DNA from: Trueperaceae bacterium
Lineage (GTDB): Bacteria > Deinococcota > Deinococci > Deinococcales > Trueperaceae
Direction of reading: 5' to 3'
Length of the DNA: 64,000 bases
Assembly: GCA_965215565.1 (NCBI GenBank)
Contig: CBDCDZ010000004.1
Span: 3,680,001-3,744,000 of the forward strand
The notes beneath the pieces are model-generated. The model was not told the DNA's origin. It saw nothing but the letters and a program-made list of their open reading frames with translations, and ran no database searches. Position 1 is the stretch's first letter; each line of letters starts with the position of its first letter. The translations under genes and the position numbers were made by a program. Shown here piece by piece: positions 20,164 to 28,886 of this stretch.

Positions 20164-20649
20164 ATGACGCGACCTATTCGGTTTTCGATTCTATTCATGT
20201 TGCTCGTCGGTTGTGCTCCGGTGCTCGAGGTCTTAGAGGGAGAAAGCCAGAGCCAAGCCGAGGTTCTCTGGGCCGCTCAGGTCAGCCGCGTGGAGCGCTA
20301 CGCCGGGCAGTACCAGGGCGAGCAGGGTAGCGCCACCGTGCAGGACGGGCGGGTGCTGGAGCTGGAACTCTCAAACCGGGCCTTTGGTGGCAGTGCTCGC
20401 TTCAGCGACAGTAGCCTAGACAGCCCACCCATGCGCGTCTCCTACAGCGGAGGCGGCTTCTTCGAGGGGCAGGCTACAGCGACCTTCGAAGGTGCAGGCT
20501 TCTCGAACTACGTCTTCTTCATAGGCGAAGCTGAGCCGAATTTGGTGGCGGAAGACGGGCTCGTTACGGGTTCCTTGCGCTTCACCGGGTCGGACGATAT
20601 AGGTCAGGTCATGGATGTCGTGGTCGAGAACATCCGGGTGCCTTACTGA
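20164..20649 (+). CDS. Lipoprotein, hypothetical
   Basis: RBS GGAGGT; lipobox LLVGC. Confidence 0.75.
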   Translation: MTRPIRFSILFMLLVGCAPVLEVLEGESQSQAEVLWAAQVSRVERYAGQYQGEQGSATVQDGRVLELELSNRAFGGSARFSDSSLDSPPMRVSYSGGGFFEGQATATFEGAGFSNYVFFIGEAEPNLVAEDGLVTGSLRFTGSDDIGQVMDVVVENIRVPY

Positions 20650-20720
20650 AGGACGAGAGAAGCCAGTCTTTCGAGGTCTTTAGGGAACGACGAAACCATT
20701 CACCTGTCATGGGAGGACAT

Positions 20721-21425
20721 GTGACCCGACACTCATATCTACCGCTGTTTTTTGCGCTCGCTTTATGCTTACTTTCATCTTTTGCCTCTGCCCAACTCGA
20801 GCTGACTACCCGCTTGACCCCTTGGCCCCCCGAGGGCTGGCCCGCGAGCACTGAGGGAGAAGTGCACGCCGTCGCCGTAGCGGATGCCACCCTGGAGGAC
20901 TACAGCGAGGAGAACCTCACGACTGTGTTCTCCTTCCCCGTGAGCGAGACAGGCGAGGTGACTTACCGCCTGCCCGAGGAGTTACCGAGGAACGCCAGAC
21001 GCTTCTACCAGGAGGCGAGCTTAGACGACTTCCAACTCTGCCCTGAGGTCGCTCCCTCCTTGTCACCGCCGGGTGCCCAGATGGTCCTGCTCAAACTCGC
21101 CCTCTACGCCGATGGGCAGTTCTGGGGCATTGTAGACCTCACTGCCGAGCAGGGCGGTCTCTTCGATTATGAGTTGCGCACCCTGCTCGGGCTCCTCTAC
21201 GCACCTGAGCCCTTTCGGGTGGCGGGCAGCGGCTTCTGCGCGGGCGAGGGGTCGCAGGTGACGACCGACCTGGACTTACAAGCGGGGCTCAATTTACTCG
21301 AGGTCTCGGGATCGGCCAGCTTAGCGGGCGGAGAGATGCTCCTTACAACGACCGAGACGTTGGACCTGCCGCAGACGCCGATTGGGATAGATGTCGGTGG
21401 TGGGGTTAGTGGCGGTGCGCCTTAG
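20721..21425 (+). CDS. Secreted hypothetical protein
   Basis: RBS GGAGG before GTG; signal peptide ending ASA-Q. Confidence 0.72.
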   Translation: MTRHSYLPLFFALALCLLSSFASAQLELTTRLTPWPPEGWPASTEGEVHAVAVADATLEDYSEENLTTVFSFPVSETGEVTYRLPEELPRNARRFYQEASLDDFQLCPEVAPSLSPPGAQMVLLKLALYADGQFWGIVDLTAEQGGLFDYELRTLLGLLYAPEPFRVAGSGFCAGEGSQVTTDLDLQAGLNLLEVSGSASLAGGEMLLTTTETLDLPQTPIGIDVGGGVSGGAP

Positions 21426-21451
21426 CGCAGCGTCGCCGAGGGGAGGAGCTT

Positions 21452-22000
21452 GTGCCGAGTCAGCTTCAGAATCACCTGAGCATCCACGTCGCGAGCGAGG
21501 GGGCAAGGCAGGGCGTTTCCGAACGCTTGAAGCAACTCGACTTCGACGTGCCGGTAAGCCTCGTGTTGGATGACCGGCCCGGCTACGCCTTAAAGGTATT
21601 GAGCGCGCTCGGGCGACCTTTACCCGTCTTGCTCATCACCGCCAACCGCTCACCTCACTACCTCTTGGACCTGCTCGAGCACGAGCCGCAGGGGTTGTTA
21701 GTCACCTCGAACCTTCCTCCGGCTCGAGCTTTAGCTTTTTACCTCTCCCGCGTCGCCATCGGCGAGCACTTCTATGAGGGTCCCACACCCAGCAAAACGC
21801 CTTTGACGCCGAGAGAACGCGAGGTATTGAGGCGAACTATGTACGGGGAGAGCGTCGAGACGTTGGCCCGGTCGCTCGGCATCATCCCCTACACAGCAGG
21901 AGAGCATCTGCGGCATATCAGGGAGAAGCTCGGGGTAGAGCGCAACGCCGAACTCGTCCTAGCCTACTTCGCCGGGGACACGGCGCAGCTCGCGGTATGA
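21452..22000 (+). CDS. LuxR-type HTH regulator with degenerate receiver-like N-terminus
   Basis: LTPREREVL...GESVETLARSLGI...TAGEHLRHIREKLGV. Confidence 0.8.
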   Translation: MPSQLQNHLSIHVASEGARQGVSERLKQLDFDVPVSLVLDDRPGYALKVLSALGRPLPVLLITANRSPHYLLDLLEHEPQGLLVTSNLPPARALAFYLSRVAIGEHFYEGPTPSKTPLTPREREVLRRTMYGESVETLARSLGIIPYTAGEHLRHIREKLGVERNAELVLAYFAGDTAQLAV

Positions 22001-22019
22001 GGGGCGTCGCGGAGGGCAG

Positions 22020-22310
22020 ATGAATAGGGCGACCCGCAGTAGAGAGGTGCAGGAGTACCGCCTGGACGAGTTGGAGCGCGAGCAAGACCGGCTCGCTAAA
22101 CAGCTCTACCGCATGGCTCTGCGCCATGAAGACGTGCGGCAGGAGCTGAAAGACAGCCGCAAAGAGACGAAAGAGCATTTCGATAACTTAGGGGACTTCC
22201 TGCACAGCCGCTTCTTCTGGTTGATGCTGGCGCTCCTCGGCGGGCTTTGCATCTTAGGCATCTTATTCGTGGACTTCAGGATGGACCTGGCGCAACTGCT
22301 AGGTCCATGA
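22020..22310 (+). CDS. Small coiled-coil protein with C-terminal transmembrane helix
   Basis: Charged heptad-like stretch followed by FFWLMLALLGGLCILGILFV; RBS GGAGGG. Confidence 0.7.
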   Translation: MNRATRSREVQEYRLDELEREQDRLAKQLYRMALRHEDVRQELKDSRKETKEHFDNLGDFLHSRFFWLMLALLGGLCILGILFVDFRMDLAQLLGP

Positions 22311-22338
22311 CAATGCGTTTTATGGAAAGGGAGAATAG

Positions 22339-23445
22339 ATGAACCACTCGAGCTATAGAACTCGTCGCTTACACCTCACTTGCCTGGTCTTAGTAAGCCT
22401 TCTACTCGTCGCCTGCGGCGAGACGACCGCCACGCCTGAGAACCCGCCCGGTCCTATCGAGGTTCCGCCAGGCGAACCTACAGGCAGCTTGCAGGTGACC
22501 GTTCAAGGTTTACCCGATGGCGCAGATGCGAGCATCCTTATCGTTGGACCAGAAGAGTACAGCGCTACAGTGGCAGGCAGTCGCACCTTGCAGGACCTTC
22601 GAACCGGCTCCTACATCCTCGAGGTCGAGAGCGTCGAGTATAGAGACGCCACCTACAGCGGCGCGTTCGAGGGGAATAATCAGAGCGAGACGATCGTCGA
22701 CGTCACCGAGGACGAAACGACCACAGTCGAGGTGACCTACACCTCGGTCGGCTCGGTCGAAGAGGGCGAGATCGCCCCTGGCACAGCGAGAGAAGGGCTC
22801 GTCGCCGAGAACGCCTTCGACGACTACACCTTCAACGGTGCAGCCAACGTCCCCCTAACCTTCGACTTCACCGGGACAGGCGAGGAAAACCAGGGTAACT
22901 ACCGCATCCTTATCTTCGACACCGACGACTTGGAAGAACCGCTCTACAGCAGCAGCGTCTTGGGCACCTACGGACGTGCCCCCTTGATCGGCTTTTCTCC
23001 CACAGAGGACGGGCAGTACGTCCTGCGCATCCGGGGCGAGAACAACGTGGTGGACTACCGGGTCAGGGCGCAGTACCTGAACGGGTCGCTCGAGGAGAGA
23101 CAAGAGCCGACGATGCTCGATTACGGCGACACCGCCACAGGCGCAGTCACCGCAAACTCCTACGACGCCTACCGCTTCACAGGCTCCTTCAACGAGCCCG
23201 TCCTGCTGAGCTTCAGCTACGACGACGAGGACTCTCGCTACAACGGCCTCTACCGGGTGGAGTTCTACCGCGTCGGGCAAGACGAACCTTTGGAGACCTC
23301 CCAGACGTACGGCACCATCGGCATACCCCCTGAGATCGACTTCACGCCGCCTGAGGACGGAGACTACCTCGTCCGAGTCGTAGGGGCAGGAAGCCAAGGC
23401 AGGAGCTTGGTGAGGTATAGCTTCGTGCTGGAGAGGTTGGAGTGA
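22339..23445 (+). CDS. Lipoprotein with tandem PPC-like (pre-peptidase C-terminal) beta-sandwich domains
   Basis: Lipobox LLVAC; two repeats D.YxF.G..N.P...F...P.EDG.Y..R. Confidence 0.78.
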   Translation: MNHSSYRTRRLHLTCLVLVSLLLVACGETTATPENPPGPIEVPPGEPTGSLQVTVQGLPDGADASILIVGPEEYSATVAGSRTLQDLRTGSYILEVESVEYRDATYSGAFEGNNQSETIVDVTEDETTTVEVTYTSVGSVEEGEIAPGTAREGLVAENAFDDYTFNGAANVPLTFDFTGTGEENQGNYRILIFDTDDLEEPLYSSSVLGTYGRAPLIGFSPTEDGQYVLRIRGENNVVDYRVRAQYLNGSLEERQEPTMLDYGDTATGAVTANSYDAYRFTGSFNEPVLLSFSYDDEDSRYNGLYRVEFYRVGQDEPLETSQTYGTIGIPPEIDFTPPEDGDYLVRVVGAGSQGRSLVRYSFVLERLE

Positions 23446-23528
23446 AAGTGATCAGAACCTCCCGAGTATGGAGATTTGCGTGACAATGTAGATAAGACGG
23501 TGAAGACCCTCTACTTAACTCAGCCGCT

Positions 23529-25169
23529 TTATGTAGAGACCAGCGAACTTCTTACCAACCGTGAATCTGTTGTAAAGGCAGATTCCTGCTGCGGGGGCAG
23601 CGCTATCACTCTGTCAAAATTATGGCGAAGGTCGTGTGCGTCGTGAGCTATCACGATAAGCCCTTTTCCTCTCGTGTAATGCAGAATAGCGTCATTGACT
23701 ACCTTCCTGCCGCTGTCATCGACGTTGGCGAAAGGCTCATCTAAAATGTATAAGGAGGCAGTCTTGAGTAGTACCATCAGGACAGAAAACTTCTTTTTCT
23801 GACCTAATGATAAGTCGTCGAAGCGGTTGTCAAGGCATTTATCGAGTTTGAGGAGGTACAGTAACTTTTGCGCTTCCTCTAACCTCTCCCCAGCGATAAG
23901 CTGACCGATCGGTAGATTCGGGAAACAGACGGGTTCGACTGCGGCGCTGACCTCTCCCGACAAAGTCACCTGGCCTTCAGTCGGTTTTAGAAAACCTGAA
24001 AGGATGTTGGCCAGGGTACTTTTACCCGACCCGTTGGGACCTATGAGCAAAACTCTTTCGCCCGGTTCGAGATTGAAGTAATAATTCTCGAACACAGGTA
24101 CATCCTCGTAAGCATAACAAAGGTTCTGGACGGAGAGACGTGCCCCGGAATAAGGGAGACGTACTTGGTGTGTATCCTCCTTTCCACATAACTCCGTGAC
24201 TCGGTCGACTGAGGCCATGAGCGAGGCCAGTTCGGGCACTAAACCTATCAGCGTACTGGTAGAACTGACAACGTTCCAGAAAGCGTTCATGAAACCCATG
24301 AACCCACCGAAATTTAGCGTCCCTGTCAGTACAGCATAGCCGCCAGCGATAGTGGCTATGAATTCGATGAGGCTCATGGAGATGCCGCTCAAAGTCGCGT
24401 AAGTACTTTCGGTCTGAACCTTAGTCTTTTGAGAGTTTGCATAGGCTTGGTAGTGTCTGCGGGAATGCAACTGCACTAGAGCGCGTAGATCGAACATGTT
24501 CACGGTTTTATGAGCTTTGACGATACCGGTAACCCAACCTTTGAAGGCAGCTTCCCCTTCGTCGGTATCTCGACTTTGTTCATAAACCTTGGACGAGAAG
24601 TGTGTGGTTGCCCAGAGGAGGAAGGGAACGACACAGAGCAAGGACACTGTTAGTTGCCACGAAATGAATGTGATGACAGACAGCGCCCCTATCAGGCTCA
24701 CGATCGTCGTTACAACAGTAAGAACGCTATCGACGATAGGACGTGAGGCTTTATCCGACTCATCTACGATTCTGGACACGTAGTACCCCTCATCGCGTTC
24801 TATAGTTTCCTGGTGAGGCGTTCTCAAAAACCCTTGAAGTGCTCTTAGTGTCAGGGATTCGCCTAACCTGAGCTTCAACTGCTCGACATAGTTCATATAT
24901 CGAAGATCGAGCAGGCGTAGACCCGTAAAGAAGATGAGCGACCCCAACCCCAAAGCTACGAATAGGCTGAAGTTTCCTGCTATCACGCCTTCGTCGAACA
25001 TGTATTTGATGACGAGCGGGTTGACAACCGAGACGACAAGTGCCACCGACGATCCCCACAACAGAGAGAACAGAAAACGCTTTCTCGAATCCCCGACGAT
25101 AGCACCTAACTTCTTCACCCCACTCGCCACTTGCTGGACGGTTAGGGCCTTCCTCTTTGAGGCGCTCAC
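23529..25169 (-). CDS. ABC exporter (TMD+NBD), lanthipeptide-associated
   Basis: Several N-terminal TM helices; GPNGSGKST, LSLGQ, ILDEP; GTGA overlap with the lanKC stop. Confidence 0.88.
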   Translation of the reverse strand: MSASKRKALTVQQVASGVKKLGAIVGDSRKRFLFSLLWGSSVALVVSVVNPLVIKYMFDEGVIAGNFSLFVALGLGSLIFFTGLRLLDLRYMNYVEQLKLRLGESLTLRALQGFLRTPHQETIERDEGYYVSRIVDESDKASRPIVDSVLTVVTTIVSLIGALSVITFISWQLTVSLLCVVPFLLWATTHFSSKVYEQSRDTDEGEAAFKGWVTGIVKAHKTVNMFDLRALVQLHSRRHYQAYANSQKTKVQTESTYATLSGISMSLIEFIATIAGGYAVLTGTLNFGGFMGFMNAFWNVVSSTSTLIGLVPELASLMASVDRVTELCGKEDTHQVRLPYSGARLSVQNLCYAYEDVPVFENYYFNLEPGERVLLIGPNGSGKSTLANILSGFLKPTEGQVTLSGEVSAAVEPVCFPNLPIGQLIAGERLEEAQKLLYLLKLDKCLDNRFDDLSLGQKKKFSVLMVLLKTASLYILDEPFANVDDSGRKVVNDAILHYTRGKGLIVIAHDAHDLRHNFDRVIALPPQQESAFTTDSRLVRSSLVST

Positions 25170-27886
25170 CGCGCGACCAACCGTACCGTTCGGGATTCTG
25201 ACGTAGCAGCTTCGATAGCAGCGCGCAGAGGTTCATCTAAACAAAAGTTGAGGTTCCCGGATTGACTCGCCAATCTATGACTGAACAGGGCGATGCCCGC
25301 AGACCCCGTTGCCAAGTCCGTACTTATCCTGAGGAGGTGGTCGCCGGGGAAAGCGGTTCCTGTCTCTTTGGCTATAGCGAACAGCTCGATACCTTCGTAG
25401 ACCCTGTTGCACGCGTCCAAGGCTTCCGACTCACCTGTGAACTGGTGATAGTCGAGTAGAAAGTTTCCGAGGCCGGCGAGACCGTTGAACAGACCCGGAA
25501 AGATGGTGTATTTGCGGGTCACATCGGGTAGCAGCTTGAGGAGCATATTTCCGTACTCTGGATCGCCCGTGAAAGCGTAGTACCTGAGCAGCGTAGTGCC
25601 AACGCCGGCACTACCATAGGCCAGGTAGGGGTAAATGATTGACCTGAAGTTCGTCTCTTCGGGAAAGCTGAGGTAGTTCTCTTCGGTTAGAGTCGCATAA
25701 CTCAGATCGAATGCGAGTGCTCTACGACCCCACTGCAGATAGACGGGTTTACCCGTCGCGACATGGAGATGTAAGAAGAACAGTGCGATTCCAGACGCAC
25801 CTTGCATGTAGCCGACATAGGTGGTCCCGTCGAAGCTGGGCCAGTAGTCTCCCCGCTCATTCTCCTGCTTGAAGTCGTTCAAGGTTCGAGCTATTACTTC
25901 AGCTCTTAAAAGCGAGTTTTCATTACCTATGGCATACCACTGATTGAGGTGACTCAACCCGACCCCGGCGGCACCGGTACCTAATCCGGAGGCCTGATAC
26001 AGGAGTGGGTGATGATAGGCGTTATCCAAAAGTTCTAGCGCGTCGTCCGCCTGACCTAATACGGATAGGACCCAAGCCATACCGGATGTTCCGTTATATA
26101 GCCCTGGAACGTAATGCACAAAGTCCGGAAGACGCGAGTTTATCCAGCGCATAACGTCCTTCGGGACATTTCCTAAGAGGTGCTTTAGAACATAAACGAC
26201 ACCTAAGGCGCCGTGGTCGATGCTCAGAGGGTTTTTCGCCTCTATATCGTTTGGGAAGAGACGATCGGTTCTATCGAAACTCGCTGTGCTCAAGATGTAT
26301 TGGGCGATGCTGCGATTTAGCGAGACGAGTTTTGAAGGTTTTTGACAGTGGTGTTTAATCTCAGGTACAGTTTTGAGTGCCCGGAAACACTCGACCACTT
26401 CGTCGAGCCCAGGGCGCTCGTCCTCCTTTTCGCTCAGAAGCCGTAGAACGATCTTTTTAAGGCCGAGATCGAGGCCGAAATCCTTGAGGATCGCGTCTAA
26501 AAACTTAGCGGGCGCATCTGCGTGTAGCGGCGCGAGAATAGCTGCGGGGGTGCAAAACGCAAGGATAAGCGCACCCAGAGCGTAGAGGTCGTCCTCCAAC
26601 CGTGCCGTGTTCCGCTGACTTCGATCCTTAGGCGTGAAGCCATATGTGAACATTCCGGAGCGCTCATCCGAATCCATCTCGGAAGCGCCCTCGAGGTCGA
26701 TTAACTTGACCTCCAGCGTGCTGGGATCGATTAAGACGTTGCCCAAAGACAAATCACCGACGATAATTCCGTGAGCGTGTACGGTTTGGATCGCATTAGC
26801 GAGGTTGATCACGACACACTTAAGTTCGTTGAACCAGGCCGCCACATCTTCGGGGGTACAACTCGCTTTGAGCGTTATATCTCTTTGTCCGACGAAATCC
26901 GACAGGGTTTCGCCTTCGATAAGTTGCTGAGCTAGAAATCTATGTTCCCACTCGTAAAATAGGGATAGTGGCTTGGCGGTTAGTCCTGTAGATTTGAGTC
27001 GCTCGAGAACCCTATGCTCCTTTTCTAAGCGGTTCGTCACGTCCGCGCCGTCCATACCGACATCTATGAAGGGGCGCGCCTCTTTCACCACCACAGTCTC
27101 ACCTGTTGTAGTGTCCGTCGCTTGATAAACGCCCCCTGTGTTGGAGTAGCTCAAACAGTCGAGTACGAGAAACCGTCCGTTATCGAGCACCAGCTCCTCG
27201 TCTACGTCTTCGGTAGGAAACGGGTCCACAGCCCAAGGAGGTGGGTTGAAGTAGGGGGTCCGGATGTCTTCATACTTGCTTCCGTTCGGGGCGACTAGAA
27301 AAGACAATTCTTGCCCAGAAGGGTCCAAGGAGCTTAGCGAGGCTACGCCGCCATACCGGTAGTACAGCACTTTGCAGTCTTTGTACCGCTTGTCACTCAG
27401 GATGTAAGGGCCGCTGAAATCTTTGAGCACCTCGTAGAGCGCTTGAATAAGGTGCTTGAACGCTTCTTCGTCGGCTGGGTATACAGTCATAAATTTGCCC
27501 GACCCGCCGCGCGACCAGCGTTTCGAATTCATCTCGGAGAAGATGAAACGGTCGGCGGCGAACTTGAACGCCGTACCGTGTTGAGCGATGACCGGGATCG
27601 ACGCCTCCACAATTTCGTGCAAGTTGAGGGGCGTGGCCGAGATGTGTATTTTCCAGCCTTGGATAATCAGGTCAGATTTAGGGGGGCTACAATGTTGCCA
27701 CACATTTTCGGCTTTGATACGCCAGGTATCTGGTAGAACCTCTTCCACAAATCTGCGGATATCGTTATCCGGCCTATAGTCGCTCAACGTCTCGTAGAAA
27801 TCCGACTCGATGATCAGCGCCTCGCTCATATACTTGATCTTTCGATCCCATCGCTCTAGCCTTGCTTCTCCTTGCGTGCCTGACAT
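25166..27886 (-). CDS. lanKC: Class III lanthipeptide synthetase (lyase-kinase-cyclase)
   Basis: Lyase QGWKIHIS/GKFMTVYP/YYRYG; kinase GGVY/VVVKEAR/GDLSLGNV/LIDLE; LanC-like C-terminus PYLAYGSAG/GLFNGLAG/RISTDLATGSAG without WCxG/CHG zinc ligands. RBS GAGGAGG favours start 27886. Confidence 0.93.
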   Translation of the reverse strand: MSGTQGEARLERWDRKIKYMSEALIIESDFYETLSDYRPDNDIRRFVEEVLPDTWRIKAENVWQHCSPPKSDLIIQGWKIHISATPLNLHEIVEASIPVIAQHGTAFKFAADRFIFSEMNSKRWSRGGSGKFMTVYPADEEAFKHLIQALYEVLKDFSGPYILSDKRYKDCKVLYYRYGGVASLSSLDPSGQELSFLVAPNGSKYEDIRTPYFNPPPWAVDPFPTEDVDEELVLDNGRFLVLDCLSYSNTGGVYQATDTTTGETVVVKEARPFIDVGMDGADVTNRLEKEHRVLERLKSTGLTAKPLSLFYEWEHRFLAQQLIEGETLSDFVGQRDITLKASCTPEDVAAWFNELKCVVINLANAIQTVHAHGIIVGDLSLGNVLIDPSTLEVKLIDLEGASEMDSDERSGMFTYGFTPKDRSQRNTARLEDDLYALGALILAFCTPAAILAPLHADAPAKFLDAILKDFGLDLGLKKIVLRLLSEKEDERPGLDEVVECFRALKTVPEIKHHCQKPSKLVSLNRSIAQYILSTASFDRTDRLFPNDIEAKNPLSIDHGALGVVYVLKHLLGNVPKDVMRWINSRLPDFVHYVPGLYNGTSGMAWVLSVLGQADDALELLDNAYHHPLLYQASGLGTGAAGVGLSHLNQWYAIGNENSLLRAEVIARTLNDFKQENERGDYWPSFDGTTYVGYMQGASGIALFFLHLHVATGKPVYLQWGRRALAFDLSYATLTEENYLSFPEETNFRSIIYPYLAYGSAGVGTTLLRYYAFTGDPEYGNMLLKLLPDVTRKYTIFPGLFNGLAGLGNFLLDYHQFTGESEALDACNRVYEGIELFAIAKETGTAFPGDHLLRISTDLATGSAGIALFSHRLASQSGNLNFCLDEPLRAAIEAATSESRTVRLVAR

Positions 27887-27927
27887 TGTCTTTCCCTCCT
27901 CAGTCCTCGAATTTCGTCGGTATGACG

Positions 27928-27952
27928 GCGCGCTTGGCACTGCCAAGCGCGC
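27928..27952. terminator. Perfect inverted repeat between lanA and lanKC
   Basis: GCGCGCTTGGCA-C-TGCCAAGCGCGC, no U-tract. Confidence 0.6.
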
Positions 27953-28042
27953 ATAGTCTATCTGCGTTTAGTGGTGAAAGCTGAAAGAATCGGGGTGGAG
28001 AATGAGTAAGTTTCTCCATGCGGCTCACGCTGGTTTAAGAGA

Positions 28043-28189
28043 TCATCTCCCACGCGTGAGTGTTTTACCGCCGATCTGACAACCTCCAGTGGACCTAGCC
28101 GAGCAAGTACCACTTTGTGTGCTTCTGAACAGCAAAGGGCTGGGCGCGGTAGTACGCGAAACGTTCTGCAGCGACAATACTTTTCTCAT
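28043..28189 (-). CDS. lanA: Class III lanthipeptide precursor, 48 aa: MRKVLSLQNVSRTTAPSPLLFRSTQSGTCSARSTGGCQIGGKTLTRGR
   Basis: Translated by hand. GGAG RBS 7 nt upstream, VLxLQ leader motif, two S-x2-S-x2/3-C motifs, directly upstream of lanKC. Confidence 0.92.
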   Translation of the reverse strand: MRKVLSLQNVSRTTAPSPLLFRSTQSGTCSARSTGGCQIGGKTLTRGR

Positions 28190-28394
28190 GATTCATCTCC
28201 TGGAGCTAGATTTAGGTTGCAACGTTACTAGTAATTCAACTGATCATGATCCGCTAGCAACCTTGCTTAATTAAAGACGTTGTAAGGTTCGACTTCGGTA
28301 CCGTAATATTTGGAACCTGCTTGGAACCTGGAGCAGGCAACACTATTTCTATAAAGTGGATATTATTCGCAAGGATGACAATGAAATACTTTCA

Positions 28395-28883
28395 TTAACC
28401 TTGTTTCGTAACACGCGCTACCCCAAAGACCTCTACCCACCCCTCCTTCACCGCCTGCATCCCCATGAGCTTCTCCGGCTCCTCGCTGACGACCATCAGG
28501 ACAGCATTCTCCTCCCTAAGTCTCTCTTTGAGGGTTCTCACTCTACGGGCTACGATGACCCTGCCGTACTTGCCATGCCCGCAGAGTAAGTAATACTTCT
28601 TGCCTTCGGATGAACACAAGCTAATGAGCGAAGGACCCTCCTTCTGTATATAGGTCCAGCCTCGAGCCTCGAGCATTTCTCGCGCTCTGCGCCTGATGAC
28701 ATGTCCAGCAGCGGCGCTAGATGTGGAGTACCCTTGATTTACGCCGAGTGCACTTCTGCCTCTCGTTGTGAGCAAGACCAACTCACCCGAGGAGCTGTCC
28801 AGAGTCGTGAGGTAGCCTCTGCCGATCAAACGCTTCAAATCGACGACGCGCCTCGCTCGCGATATCCATACGGTCCGCACCAT
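28395..28883 (-). CDS. Basic hypothetical protein (162 aa) coupled to tniQ; possible winged-helix N-terminus
   Basis: ATG 3 nt after the tniQ stop; LKRLIGRGYL...VLLTTRGRSALG resembles a wHTH C-terminal motif. Confidence 0.7.
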   Translation of the reverse strand: MVRTVWISRARRVVDLKRLIGRGYLTTLDSSSGELVLLTTRGRSALGVNQGYSTSSAAAGHVIRRRAREMLEARGWTYIQKEGPSLISLCSSEGKKYYLLCGHGKYGRVIVARRVRTLKERLREENAVLMVVSEEPEKLMGMQAVKEGWVEVFGVARVTKQG

Positions 28884-28886
28884 GCT

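Noticed and set aside
27899..28018. Possible second precursor MEKLTHSPPRFFQLSPLNADRLCALGSAKRAVIPTKFED
   Set aside because: No RBS, no LxLQ leader or SxxSxxC motif, and it runs through the hairpin.
28089..28274. 61-aa plus-strand ORF from the track
   Set aside because: Antisense to the much better supported lanA.
1..28400. Second transposon end inside the window
   Set aside because: By eye I found no ACAATA...TGCGACT repeats with a TGT terminus. A degenerate end could have been missed.
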